Source of the DNA: Setoptus koraiensis
Taxonomy: Eukaryota > Animalia > Arthropoda
DNA: 64,000 bases
Direction of reading: 5' to 3'
NCBI GenBank assembly: GCA_048013815.1
Contig: CM106585.1
Span: 8,742,001 to 8,806,000 of the forward strand
Part shown: one piece after another, positions 10,531-23,325 of the stretch
How the letters are laid out: the number at the start of each line of letters is the position of its first letter
Numbering within the stretch: the first letter of the stretch is position 1
Position numbers and translations under genes: made by a program
The notes under the pieces: model-generated
What the model was told of the DNA's origin: nothing
Seen by the model: only the letters and a program-made list of their open reading frames with translations
Database searches by the model: none

Positions 10531-11962
10531 CTCGACTACACTCCGGTCGGGTCAGTGCTAGGGTCTATGCTCAGTAAAATGGCATTGAAAACAAATTGGG
10601 CTAACCGAGGCTATATTTGTTTCGGATAGCCATAGTGTAACGGTTTATTAGTGACAATAATTGCCATTAGTAATAGCCGCTGTGGTAATTGTTGATGAAA
10701 TTATTTTTTGTTGTGTAAACACATTGGCTATTGGAATACATTATTATATAATGCATCATTAAAAACATTTTGATTTTATGTGAGGTGGTAATATCATACA
10801 AATGCGAGTATAAAAAGCTGAAAATTATTGCCCCATCATTGCATGCATTTCATTCATAAATACTTTCAATGTCGTTCATTAACTTTATTTACGATGTCCC
10901 TACTGCTATCATTATTATTATTGGACCAACAACAATTAAACATGACTGAAAAATCTAAATTTGGCTATGAATATAATGGGATATGTATCACAGCTTACGG
11001 ATTTTTAAGTGTAAACACTTGGAAAAAGTTTTGTTACTTGACAACATGCCAACGAAAATGCCTTATTCGAACTAAAAATGTTTATTGCTGTTTTCGGACG
11101 AATGAAACACAAATAAAACTAATCGCCAGATCAGTGCATCTATAAGTGCATTGATCAAATTCAACTAACTCGTAATCAGTCATGACTTATTGAATTATTT
11201 CACCTGAAATTCTTCATGTCCGATACATGGCAATGTCTGCTATGTGTGCCGAGTGTAGTTGTGGCGTACCACCAACTTGTTATACAAATGTTAGACTGCT
11301 CTAACTTCTGATCTAACTTCTATCTGATGAGTGCTGAAAAGAGGACACACACCGACTGCATAATTGTATCAGTGTGATTGATTCCAATTAAATGTGGTCC
11401 TCGTTCAACTTCGTTTCCTTTAGGGCTGAAGACTCCGTTCATACTTGTGTGCCAGACTGTTAGAATAGCGACAGAAACTAACAATAATAATTTCGTTGTC
11501 CACGATTAAGCACAATTTTTTCGCGGCGACTTGATACCCTTGGAAAGTTCATTGTTTTATTGCCGCATCGATGATCCCGATGGAAATATTGAGGTCAACG
11601 CCATCGAGCCGTTACATGAATGCTGACTCAAAATAATTTGTCACCTTTGACAATATCACGGCTGCAAAAAAAAGATCCGGACACTAGCCACATGTAATGC
11701 GTGGAGTATTGTGACAGCAGTGGCGACGTGGAGAGGGGTGAACCGCGCTTGATGCAACCGGTTGCGCAGTCTCGAGGAGTTCAACCCTTTGTTCAACCCT
11801 TTGTTCAACCAAGTTGCCATCCAAAAATCGCGCTCACCTCATTGGCGGTTGATCCGCAACAATAACACACCAATAAAACACAGCAAAAAATTGGATATTA
11901 TTCATATCAGATTAGATTTCATTAGATTCAAAGATCAACCCAAATTAATTAAAAATGAAGGA

Positions 11963-12065
11963 AAGGCAAAGAAAAAATATCCAAAAAATCAATGCCCCTT
12001 GTAATTTCATTACAAGGCAAAGAAAAAATATCCAAAAAATCATTGCTCATGTAATGAAATTACAA
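11963..12065. repeat. ~51-bp tandem duplication, each copy ending in a TGTAAT-NNN-ATTACA palindrome
   Basis: AAGGCAAAGAAAAAATATCCAAAAAATCA is identical at 11963-11991 and 12014-12042; palindrome spacer is TTC in copy 1 and GAA in copy 2. Confidence 0.85.
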
Positions 12066-12104
12066 TGTAGAATTCAACAAAACAAACACAAAAAAATTAA
12101 TAAA

Positions 12105-12380
12105 ATGGCTAAAAAATCCAAGAGCTCCAGAGCTGTAGAGATATCAAAACACCCATTGCCAACCAACCAAAGCTCACCATGGCCTGTAGGGCCATCAGGT
12201 CTGCCACTGCCAACGGGAACAGGGGACCGGTGGGCCGGGACACGAGAGGGTTATATAGCGGCGTTCGGTTGTGAGCCAACGGGCACCCAAGTAGATCCTT
12301 TATACTTCAACGCACATCCAGACGACTACTGGAAGCCAAACGAAACATCTACTTCCAAACCATACAGTCGTTGGTTATAG
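12105..12380 (+). CDS. Small Pro/Gly/Thr-rich hypothetical protein (91 aa)
   Basis: aaaATGG start after an AT-rich leader; GC-richer than flanks; non-repetitive sequence with W/Y/P motifs. No family recognised. Confidence 0.45.
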   Translation: MAKKSKSSRAVEISKHPLPTNQSSPWPVGPSGLPLPTGTGDRWAGTREGYIAAFGCEPTGTQVDPLYFNAHPDDYWKPNETSTSKPYSRWL

Positions 12381-12553
12381 ACGTTCGCCATAGACAAACA
12401 TTAATAACATGCAAGCGAGGTTGACTCTCTACAATCAGTTCTTTGTTTTTATCTTCTTGGCCTTTATTTTTGACTCTTTCTTTTTTGTTCGCCACGAATA
12501 AGAACTTCTTTTCGCTTGCGTGGTATCACTCATACGAGGTTCGTGACGAACAA

Positions 12554-14821
12554 CTACCAGACCGAACACTTCATCGTTGCATTCATCGGCGAGTGAGCAG
12601 GACAATTGAAGTCCCGTATGAACTCTTGTAGATTGGAGAACACAGTGTTGACCCGGAATCTGGCCGGACTGTGGTTGTCTACTTTCATGAGATGCAAAGA
12701 TCCTCTCTCTGTAACATCACCACACCAATTGTTAGCAGTAGAAAGCCAAAATAATTGACTGTTGGTAAGATTGAGAGCTGGTAACGTTGGCTCCTCACCA
12801 TTTTCATTTCTCCATATGTTGTAGCCAATGTAGGCTGCCCTGTAACCTCCCTGGTCAGAAATGTTTTCTCCCAACGTTCGAGTGCCATTCACTCTCATTT
12901 TGGTCACTGGTTCGATGCAGTTGCTGTATTGATCTACCAAACACTGACTACGCCGTTGAAATTCCTTTACTGTTGACGGATGCTTCATTTCACCAGATTT
13001 GCCAAACAAATTATGCACCCTATCAAAATTATGCGTCAATTCATGGCCGATGATGGTACCCAAGGCGCCAAAGTTGATATATTTTGGTCTAAGTTCATCG
13101 TGAAACCAACCCCCCTGCATGATACCCGCAGGTATGAAAATCCTGCCTGAGTTCCAGGCGGTAGAATAGGCCGTTAGCACTTTAACAAATTCGTGATATT
13201 TATCAGTTTTGGTAATGCTCAATGGGGGAATTTTAAACGAAACGGCCAGAGTGTCTAAATTCTGTAGAAAGTCGATATCGGACATGTGTACATCCTTGTA
13301 AAGTTCTTCGATGAAACTATCATTGAGAACTAGTTCTGAGTAGCCTATAATGCTTTCGGTAGCTTGAGTCCTAGCTCGGGCCTCATTTCTCGTTTCGCTA
13401 TCTAGCCAGTGAGCTTTGTCCAACACCCTTAGTAAACCTTTTTTCACATAAGAAATCATTCGATCAATGTGCCTCTTGTTTCTATGATCAAATAATTTCT
13501 CAACATAGACTGAAGCCAAGGGTGCGTGGAAGTATTCTTTGACCACATCAGTACAAATTTTCCATACGGGCCCTGACAGATCGATTTTTGCTAGCCTCTC
13601 GGACAAGCGACCTGTATAAGTTGCGATTCAGACGGCGAATAGATTCAATTGGAGCGCATGAGCTAAATGAGTTCGTCCAGATATTCGGAATGATTATTCG
13701 CATTTCGAACAATAGCCAGGTGATTGGCTGAGATTGTCACAATTGAGTTCGATTGACCTCGATAGTTACCTTGCTCCAGTTTGCCTTGGTTGTGCGCCAT
13801 TAACGTGTCTTCGGCCTATTTGAAAATAAATAAATTAATATTTAATAATTTCTCAGCATTGCAGCAACTACAATCAGGATATTGATCAAACTTTCACTAA
13901 ACGATATGCATATACATCGAAACAGCGATTAGGGTGCGAGACAATGGAGAGTATGCTACTTACTTCGGTCTTCGCTACGCTACCAGAATCGATGAAGTTC
14001 TCCAATTCCTCTTGACTGCTATGAGAAGAAAGCGTCTGATTCGATCTAGGCCGAAGGTTTTCCCAATCTGTGCATTCAATCATAGGAAAAGTCCATGTTA
14101 GTCTTTTGTGATCACCACAATGAACCAGTTGGTGACTATCGCTCAGATCTACTCACCATGATTAAGGCAACTGTCATAGAAAGTTTTTAATTTGCCTATT
14201 ACTGGTTTGTGTATCCCTGAGAGACCGCTCTCGATAAGATTTCTCAATTTTATATCTAGATTGGCATCCATTATTGTATACGGATTCATCATACCATCAA
14301 ACCGGAAGTAGTTGGCATTCAATCTACGAGATTCCATCCAGTTGCCACAGGCGTACTGTCGAAAAAGAAGATGGTGGTATTCTGTGGTGCAATTAAATTG
14401 TCGGAATTTGCTTTTAGAGGATCATTTATGCAAATGTACACTGACCTGGTAGAAGTCTTGACAGGGATCTACATTGCGATCTAAATTTAGTAGTAATTGG
14501 TCCGCTGAGGTGATCAGATAACGTCGGGAATTTTCGAATGAAAATCGTTGAAAAACCTTCGCCATTATTCACATGCGGAGTGATTGTTTGAAGAGTTGAG
14601 ATTGTCTCTTTGGTTATTTTATTCATACCAGCCATGATACAGTTGGGTGTCAAGCAGACTTTTTCACTATGTGAATTATTTGCATCATAGATTCTCTCTA
14701 GTTTTTCATAGCCGTTAGACGAGATAGGCGGCACATGAACTGAATAACTTTTAAGGAGAGGAGCACATAATGAAATCGTAACAACAAGTAAATTCAGAAA
14801 TCTATGCGTGATTCTGTTCAT
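12554..14821 (-). CDS. Neprilysin / endothelin-converting-enzyme-like M13 metallopeptidase; predicted 6 exons (14821-14629, 14504-14446, 14355-14157, 14067-13964, 13815-13770, 13611-12554), ~552 aa
   Basis: VCLTPNC, LDRNVDPCQDFYQ|YACGNW, FYDSCLN, PAGIMQ, NFGALGTIIGHELTHNFD (HExxH), TLGENISD, NWC, HSPARFRV, DFNCP..SPMN..KCSVW. All introns GT-AG and in frame; the two small middle exons are less certain. Confidence 0.85.
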
Positions 14822-16466
14822 TTTGCAGAATGATTTTCCTTATTACGTGGTCACTGAAGATTAGTTTTGATGGTCAAATTATAGACCTATTTAATAATGT
14901 CTTCAATTGAAACGATGAGTGGTGATTGAATAAACGAGGGAAACTTTGTGTACCTCTTCATGTGTACATACTGAGAAGTTCTACTCATCGTGCCTAATGC
15001 TCTGGAATCTATCTTATTTATAGTATTCATTCAGACACATTTGCTTTGTGGTTAGTTGATTGCTTGTCCCAATTTAGTTTGTATTTTGTTTGTTAGAAGT
15101 CGCAATGAGCTGATTAAATTGATATCCATGATAAAAATTAAACTTTCTCGGCTTGCCTAACTTAACCACATTACCCAATGAACAAGACGATTACCTCATT
15201 ATCGGTAGCCATACCTTATTTCATACGGATAACACAAGTATGATGATCTCCTACCGACGGACTTAGACAATAACATGTTCGATCAAATGAGGAAATAGTA
15301 ATGGCCATAGAAGTAACTTAGATCAACAATCAATCACTTCAGTTATTCTAGTGGCATAGTCATTGGGACTTAATGCTACTGTCGTGTTACCCAGAAACTG
15401 TAATAAGACAATGATCACTTTTTCCAGAGCCAATACCTCGCGTTTCGCGTGCAGCGACGAAGCTCGTTATCATCATCCAGTGAATTCAAATTGACGCTAC
15501 TCACTCAATTTTATCTACTCTTTTATCATGTTGGATGCAACTGCAACGCGAATGTACACAATTCGAGAGCTTGACATGAAGATATCACAAATGACAGGAC
15601 AAAGATAAATGCCGGCACCACCAGCGAATCAGTACTTCTGTTATATCTTGGTCGGAGAGGGGACACGCATCGGATCAAACTGTAAAACTCAGTAATTTTG
15701 TCGAACAAGTGTCTAGTTTGGTTGCCGCATTGAATGGTCGTAACAAAATAAAAATATTGACTGGATTTAATATGACGGTGTTTCGATCGCAATCCGAAAC
15801 AGAATTCATGCAAGCTTTACACAAATGATGATGGTTGACCCTCTGGGCTTTTGGCATTCTTGAGCAACTCGGATAATCGAGACTTCGGGTTGCTATGTCG
15901 AAGTACGAGATCACGAAATAAAAAACCATATCAAGTACGTTTGGTGTACATCCACAGTGAATAGTGATCAATCGAGATCAATCGATCCAATATCAATTAT
16001 TTATTGTATGTGCCAAGACTGGCCTTTATTTTCTATGATGGAAACACGGAGAGGGGAAATGGTCTGGCTAAATCAAGGGAGGAAGGTGCTACGCCGGCGC
16101 ATAACACATGTGTGTGTGTTAAATCAATAATCAACGAGTACCCATGGTGCTGGCCCCAGTTGTAGGGAGAATTTCACGATCATAGTATGTTCCGATTCGC
16201 GATCTCGATGAAATTCAGTCGTTTGTTCTCTCGCTCATCGATACATTACTAGTGAAAGAACTCAAAAGATTTTAAATGGACTTCTCGTAGATGCACCAAG
16301 GCTTCTTCCACGACCTGTAGGAATATGAAGATGGTCATGGACGATCAGACATGTCTTCATCGATAGACTAGTATGAAGGGCAGTCTGTTTCATATTAAAA
16401 CCGGGTATTGCGCACATATTGTCGAATGCCGCTTTGGCTTTTCAATTTCGATGCAACTAGTGTCGA

Positions 16467-17183
16467 TCATGCTTTGTATCGGATATAGCTTTTAGTAACA
16501 CCCATTAGCTTACTTACACTTTTAACATCTGGATCTTCGCACTGACCGTGCTCTTTGATGATCTCTCTATAGATCTCCGCTGCCTTAGTTGGATCGTTCG
16601 ATATTTTTTGTGCGAAAATGGCTATTTTCAGTTTTGAATCGGGATCGATGCCTCCTACAGTCTCAGCTGCTGTGTGCATCGTAACCGCTCGCCTTTCTGC
16701 TCTATCCATCAGTTCTCCGAGCTCGTCGCTTGAATCTGGGAGTCTAATGGATTTCTCTCTAGCGGATGCATAGGAGGCGCGTAGCATGACATATCGTTTA
16801 CCGAATTTAAAAAGATCAAAAGCTGTAATGTCGGCATGCTGCATCGCTACAGTTGTGTAATAATCCAATTGATCGAGATACACAGGTGATGTAGTCGGCG
16901 GCTCTCTGAAGAGTACTGCAGCCCATTTGCACGCATTTTTATGTGTGGGATCCAATAAAACGGCAAGATCAGCATAATCTTGAGCTTGTTCCAGTGATGA
17001 TTGATCAGTTTTTTCCTCTGCGTGCATATAGTAGGAGGCTCTAGCCAACCGCCACAAAATCTCAGGATCATATCTACGATTGATTGATTTCAGCAGACTA
17101 TAGGCATGTTTGTGGTCACCTTTGTTATGGAAGTCATCAGCCTGAGATAAGCTTGTGGTAATTTCGTCTGGTGTCGCAGCCAT
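16467..17183 (-). CDS. Regulator of microtubule dynamics (RMDN/FAM82)-like TPR protein, divergent C-terminal half (238 aa)
   Basis: QADDFHNKG..AYSLL...DPEILWRLARAS...AQDYADLAVLLDP.H..ACKWAAV matches the RMDN1 pattern (QAD.LY..G...ELLWRLARA...ALEYA..AL....HKW.AI). Confidence 0.7.
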   Translation of the reverse strand: MAATPDEITTSLSQADDFHNKGDHKHAYSLLKSINRRYDPEILWRLARASYYMHAEEKTDQSSLEQAQDYADLAVLLDPTHKNACKWAAVLFREPPTTSPVYLDQLDYYTTVAMQHADITAFDLFKFGKRYVMLRASYASAREKSIRLPDSSDELGELMDRAERRAVTMHTAAETVGGIDPDSKLKIAIFAQKISNDPTKAAEIYREIIKEHGQCEDPDVKSVSKLMGVTKSYIRYKA

Positions 17184-17840
17184 GTTTTCTGTCGAATTGA
17201 TTGTCGTTTTGGTGAATGGTGAGAGCTTGAACGCTTAGGATTCGAGTTCGTAATACAAATAACTGAATTAACTTTATCTAAATCCTTCGCCTATCAGCGT
17301 ACGTCCGATGGAAAAAATGAATTGGAAATAAATTTTCAAAATTCTCTTGCTACAACTAGCTTCATATTGTCTCATCAGTTGATGGCGCTAAATTATAGCA
17401 AATAGTGCTATATTTTGAGATGCTTTTCTCTTTATACGCTCGACAAACCTTAGGTACCTTATTAGTCATCAATAGCAATGAAAGTAATAGCGCGAGCGGA
17501 ATCGAACCAATCGTTCTACCATACCGCCCATACGACGAAACTGTCTGTACTTCAGTTGAAAAAAGAGATAAGCAACTTGTGGAATAATCGATCGACGCAA
17601 CAGTGTTTTAATGAGAATAAAAGACCACAAAGACGAAAAATTATAGCGAATCAAATGTGCGTGTATGTGATGTTAATAGATCTGATATTAATAGAGCTGT
17701 GCCTCCCACTATCTTGTAGTCCATGGCTCTTGCCTTGGATCATTGTTTCGTTCTGACAAGGTCAACTCTTTCAGCATGAAACCGATTCCAACGTGACTCA
17801 TGCCCATGTGAATTCTCCAGGTTCCCACTGCGGGAGATCC

Positions 17841-18287
17841 ATGGACGATGTCACTGCTGCCATTGGACAATATCAATCTAAGCTTGGACCTGATTTGGAA
17901 GCCGGTGGAATCAAAACAATTCGCACAGAAGACGGTAATTTACAAATGGCCATTGATGTGTCTCAATATAAACCAGAAGAGATCACTGTCAGATTGTGCG
18001 ATGATAATCTAGTGGTGGAGGCCAAAACAGAATCCTCGGAGAATGACTCATATCATAAAAGTGAATTCAAAAGATGGCTCAAGCTTCCTGCTGACTGTAA
18101 ACATGATGCGATAAAGTCAACACTAACACTAGACAAGAAGCTTCTCATTGAGGTTCCCATGTCAAAACCAATACGGGAAAATCGCTCGCGAACAATACCT
18201 ATTGAAGTCCAGCCGCAAGCAGAAGCTTTAGAGTCGGCTAGAGATGGCAACGAAAAGCAAACTGAAGAGGCTAACAAAAAGCAATGA
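17841..18287 (+). CDS. N-terminally truncated small heat-shock (alpha-crystallin) protein, duplicate of 22879-23508 (148 aa from internal ATG)
   Basis: IDVSQYKPEEITVR...EFKRWLKLP...STLTLDKKLLIEVP...TIPIE. Homology to the full copy starts exactly at ATG 17841. Frame is open upstream to 17757, so an upstream exon is possible. Confidence 0.65.
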   Translation: MDDVTAAIGQYQSKLGPDLEAGGIKTIRTEDGNLQMAIDVSQYKPEEITVRLCDDNLVVEAKTESSENDSYHKSEFKRWLKLPADCKHDAIKSTLTLDKKLLIEVPMSKPIRENRSRTIPIEVQPQAEALESARDGNEKQTEEANKKQ

Positions 18288-18466
18288 GAGCCTACAATTT
18301 GTAAGAAATCTGTCAGATATCAAATATTAATAAAGAATCATTTGGAGAGAAATACAAATAATCTTGCGTTCAGTCTTTTTTTCTTTGCTTGCCAAATGAA
18401 AATCTCCCTTAGTATTCTATGGATTTAGGCCTAATTTTTTGTTTCTGAGGTATTCTGATTCCTCCT
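17841..18466 (+). repeat. Left arm of 626-bp inverted segmental duplication (partner 22700-23325)
   Basis: Reverse complement matches 22700-23325 through CDS, stop codon, AATAAA and 3' flank, ending at ...ATTCCTCCT. Confidence 0.9.
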
Positions 18467-18650
18467 GGGGGTGATTCTCGTCCGATATTCAGCTTGACCC
18501 ATGATATTCAATTGGACGAGAATGAACATGCCAAGATCGAATGAGTTGTATTTTTTCGATTATAAAACTTTGGAAGCTGCAAGAGCGAAGAGAAGTTAAT
18601 TAAAATCCATGAAGTGAGTAATTTATTTGTTCGTAAAAGCTTTCGGACAA

Positions 18651-21570
18651 TCAGGTCACCGAAGGAGATATCTCTTGTTCATCAGCATCATGGTCGATAT
18701 CGTCATCTGTATGCGTAGGCACACTCATGTAGGTAGAATTTTGAAGTAAAACCCCTCGTCTGTTGGTCATGTTTGGAATGGCATTTGCTATTGTTCTGGG
18801 AGTGTTCGTTTTGGTTGTGTCGGCAAAATCTACATAATAATCGACTGTCTCCTCTTGACTGCAACCTGATTCATCTCGGCGCATCTCATCATTCAATTTG
18901 GCTAAGCGCAACCTATTTAAACATGTGGAGAAACAAGAAACCTCGATTAGTTCAAGAAATAGATAATGGTTTATTGGCTTGTTAATGACCATAAACCTAA
19001 GGTATTAGTTGTAAATACTAACAAAGTGACAATATCAGCGTTGGCGCTATCAACTGCTATAGAAACGGCATCGCGACCTTCCTTGTCCGTGAGCGATTGA
19101 TCAGCTCCACGTTTGAGAAATTGACAAACATGACTGAAGGTTTTAAAGAAAAGAAAAATCAATTATTATCAGGATATTCTAAAATAGAGTTCTGTTTTAC
19201 TATTAAATTGCTGATCTGTACCAACCTCGTGTTACCCGCTGAAGTCGCTAAATGTAATGGAGTGTTACCATCATTATCTTGAGTATTAACTTGCCAGCCG
19301 TTGATTAGCAAATACTCTATTACAACTGTTGAGGAGCCATTTATCGCCGCATGATGTAAGGCAGTCCTCCCAAGATCTGAATGATTGATCCAGTTGATTT
19401 TTGCACCTAAGGCTAGACATTCAGACATGCTAATGAGATCGCCAGATTTGGTTGATTCATAAAATCTTAAATTCTGATATTGTGAATTTTCTCTTGTATC
19501 ACTGGAATGTGAAAGCTCGTCGTTACTATTTGATGCAACAGCATTCTTCTCCGTGATATCGTTTGTTGTGGCTGTTTGGGCATCACTAGTTTGAGATTCG
19601 TTTGCCGTGTGGAAAGTTTCATTATTCATGGATTCATTGAGTGCCAATCTAGCATTATTCAAAATATTTGGACGCTCTGATTCGTCCTTGATTGTGTCAA
19701 CATTGTTGGACTCTGATGAAGCTGATAGATTCGATTGCCCTTGCAATCCAATTTCACGGGTTTGATTTCGAACAAACTTTTTTGTGAGATACTTCTCTCT
19801 AATCCATGTTTCTCTCTCTTGTCGTGAGCTTGTTGCACTGATGAGATTTCCTCGTTCGGCACCAAGCCTCTCTAAGTAGATGGAATTAATTCGGACGTTT
19901 CCCAAGCTAACCATCAATTGCACTGTCTCAGGTGACCAAACGTCTGTGTCAAGAGTCAATGATCTCACTTTTGACACATGCACCCCTAAACTTCGGTGTA
20001 TACCTGAGCATTCAATACACAAAGTTATACCTAAGTTAATACTAGCCCATTTAGGCTCGAGACATCCACAATCGCAGCATTGCTCATTTCCAGGTAGAGC
20101 AAGTATTCTAGAGTAAGCTCTTTGAGGTTTGAGGGGAGCATTAATATTCGTCATGTTTGTGTTCAATGCCTGGTTTGGAGTTGTTCTACTAATGTCGGTA
20201 CTAGCGAGAAATTTCCCATTCATTATGTAGTTATCCAAGTTATGTGGTAAGTCGTTTTGTTGAGCTCTGAAACTACCGCTGGTGGATGACGGTTCACTGC
20301 TAGATGAAGGGCTCTGATCAATCCCTGATATACTAGTCTCAGTCTTGAATGAATCTTGCGAAGCTGATTGTGTCATCTTTTGATTTACAACATCTCGAGT
20401 GACCCCTGTTTTTTGATTAACAACAGCGGGGTTGTTTGTATAGTGATGATTGACATCATGATATGCTGCATTTATTCCTGCTTGTATGGTTGCTATCCAC
20501 ATTTGACAGGCTTCGTCGGAATCAGCTTGAAGTATATGATTTTTTTGTGGAGAGAGTACCTCAAAACAAAATCTCCTCTCTATGTCGGGTCTATCAACTA
20601 GTCTCACAGTGCAAAGACGAAGATCTTCTTCCATGACTGTCGGATGAATGTCACCACGTTTCTGATAGAGAAGTTGATGGTCCTCGAGAATGAACCATCG
20701 TCTATTCCAGACTTTGAACGCATTAGAGGCTCTTTTAAACAAATATCCTTCTAGATGTACTCTATCGTCAATGGGTTCAAATTTGAAAGTTGGAGGTTTT
20801 ATATCACGGCTGCTAACCATAAGGTGCTTGCTTGGCAAACTTCTAACCAAAGATTCACACATATCTTGCCTCTTCGTAAGTAAATCATTTGTTGCGCTTA
20901 TATAAGGCTTTAGATCATCAAATAAGTCTGATCCTTGATGAAAGAAGGTCCCGTATGCTTTGGTAAATGATAGAACAGAGTCTAAAACTTCGTATCCTTT
21001 CCTACATTGCAACGTTGTCAATTGAATACTTAGATCTAATGATGTATGACGGAACGCGGTTGATGTGGCAATAAGTAGATTTTCTGAATCATCACCCTGT
21101 TTCTTCAATGGTTGCGAGCAACGCGTGAGAATTTGATCGTTTTCGTGACTAATTTTTTCAAAACTCTTACGAGTGTCTTTGAGTTTCGACAAGTCGTCTT
21201 GGATAAATTTGGAGATACCACTGCCTATTGTTCGACCGGCCTGATCGACGATAATTGTTTGGAGTCTAATAATTTCTCTGAAAGCTACCAAAAGAGTATC
21301 TAATCTAACTGAAATCTCTCTGTCATCTTTGAAACATTCAGAGAGGTCTGATAAACTACCCACAAAAGCTGATTGGGTCTTCAGGTAGCTTTTTCCCGAT
21401 TCTATAGATTGATTACAATGTTTCACTGTTTTCTCCATGCATGCCTCCAGACGATCAATGTAGTTGAGATTTTCCTTTAGTAGATGGCGAAATTTTGGTG
21501 AATCTTTTAGACATTCGTCCAAGTCTATCGGTTGTATCAATGAGCTGGATGCCGGCTGGATGGAGGCCAT
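18651..21570 (-). CDS. ACAP: ACAP / centaurin-beta Arf-GAP (BAR-PH-ArfGAP-ankyrin); exons 21570-19226, 19133-19023, 18912-18651, ~905 aa
   Basis: ECLKDSPKFR BAR start; EGYLFKRASNAFKVWNRRWF and EEDLRLCTV..RRFCFEV PH domain; CCDCG..PKWASINLGITLCIECSGIHRSLGVHVSKVRSLTLD ArfGAP zinc finger; splicing restores GNTSHVCQFLKRGA and NADIVTLLRLAK. Confidence 0.93.
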
Positions 21571-22699
21571 GGTTTGTGTAAATAGTAATTCGATTTTAAG
21601 TCGATTTGTTCACCTGTTGCTCTGCTGTCCTTTCAAATAAATATGGTAAATACTTTGCGACGCAATCGATTATATAGAGATCATTTACACGCATAGATAG
21701 AAATGTGGTAGGGGAGAGCAAACAATATTTACTGATGTCACTCGTTGGCTAGTTCAACAACAACAACAAGCATGTAGAAGAGAGACAATATCTGGGATAT
21801 TAATTAAAAGTTGAACGTTCTTTTCACATCATTATCGACTGCTATGATCGTCACTATTATCGTATGGTGCAATGTCCCCCGTGATAGTTACAATGATAGA
21901 TAATAAAATGGCTAGATTGATGAAAGATAGATTGAAATGATCCAGACTGCTATGATTGATGATAAACGTTTCATTTCTTTTTTCCGTTGAGCAAAAATAA
22001 GGGATGCTGTTATTGCATAGTTGTAGATTATGTCTTATGTCTCAATGCGTTCGTCTTCGTTTCCAAATTTTCGAATGTTTCCAACAATTTATCTACAGAT
22101 ATAATATATATATGATTTAGATGAAATTAACAATAATAGTAATAATAGCGCTTGCCACTACCGGTTTTTTAATTTTGTAAATTTTGAATCATCCGATTGC
22201 TCAATCCCTGTAGTTTTGAACTTATAATTTGTTGCAAAATATAAATAAAGAATATAAATAAACCAACCTTGACATGTTCAGACTTGTCTCTTTGGAACTG
22301 ATGTACGAGTATCAAGTGTGACGACGTTGTTAACCAACGGATTGGTCAAAGAAATGTCGAGAAGAGAATCGTTGAAAAATTGTGATTTGATTTTCTTATT
22401 CGACATGACGATTTTAAATCGATGCGCAGGAATTGTTGGCATGTCAGCTGTGCTTGCACCAATCGACGCCTTGCATCACGATGCAACACGTTGTACCATG
22501 ATGTGTCAAAAATTGTCCAATGTAAAAAAATCTTTTGCCGATGCCACTCATTCAATGCATCTAGTTTTACATTGGATTTTTATACTGAGATTTTTATACT
22601 TGTGTGGGTCGCTTGTTATACTGACAAGTGAGTTAATTTTTTCCAAATTCAAAAAATCAAAAATGTTCAAACCGAATTTGATTGGGCGACTACGGTTTA

Positions 22700-23325
22700 A
22701 GGAGGAATCAGAATACCTCAGAAACAAAAAATTAAGCCTGAATCCATAGAATACTAAGGGAGATTTTCATTTGGCAAACAAGGAAAAAAAGACTGAACGC
22801 AAAATTATTTGTATTTCACTTCAAATGTTTCTTTATTAATACTTGATATCTGACAGATTTCTTACAAATTGTAGGCTCTCATTGCTTTTTGTTAGCCTCT
22901 TCAGTTTGCTTTTCGTTGCCATCTCTAGCCGACTCTAAAGCTTCTGCTTGCGGCTGGACTTCGATAGGTATTGTTCGCGAGCGATTTTCCGCTATTGGTT
23001 TTGACATGGGAACCTCAATGAGAAGCTTCTTGTCTAGTGTTAGTGTTGACTTTATCGCATCATGTTTACAATCCGCAGGAAGCTTGAGCCATCTCTTGAA
23101 TTCACTTTTATGATATGAGTCATTCTCCGAGGATTCTGTTTTGGCCTCCACCACTAGATTATCATCGCACAATCTGACAGTGATCTCTTCTGGTTTATAT
23201 TGAGACACATCAATGGCCATTTGTAAATTACCGTCTTCTGTGCGAATTGTTTTGATTCCACCGGCTTCCAAATCAGTTCCAAGCTTAGATTGATATTGTC
23301 CGATGGCAGCAGTAACATCGTCCAT
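22700..23325 (-). repeat. Right arm of 626-bp inverted segmental duplication (partner 17841-18466)
   Basis: See left arm; about 9 substitutions over the 447-nt shared coding part by manual comparison. Confidence 0.9.

Noticed and set aside
14606-14625. TCTTTGGTTAT match to the miR-9 5' end
   Set aside because: Only ~11 nt match, no evident hairpin partner, lies antisense in a short neprilysin intron.
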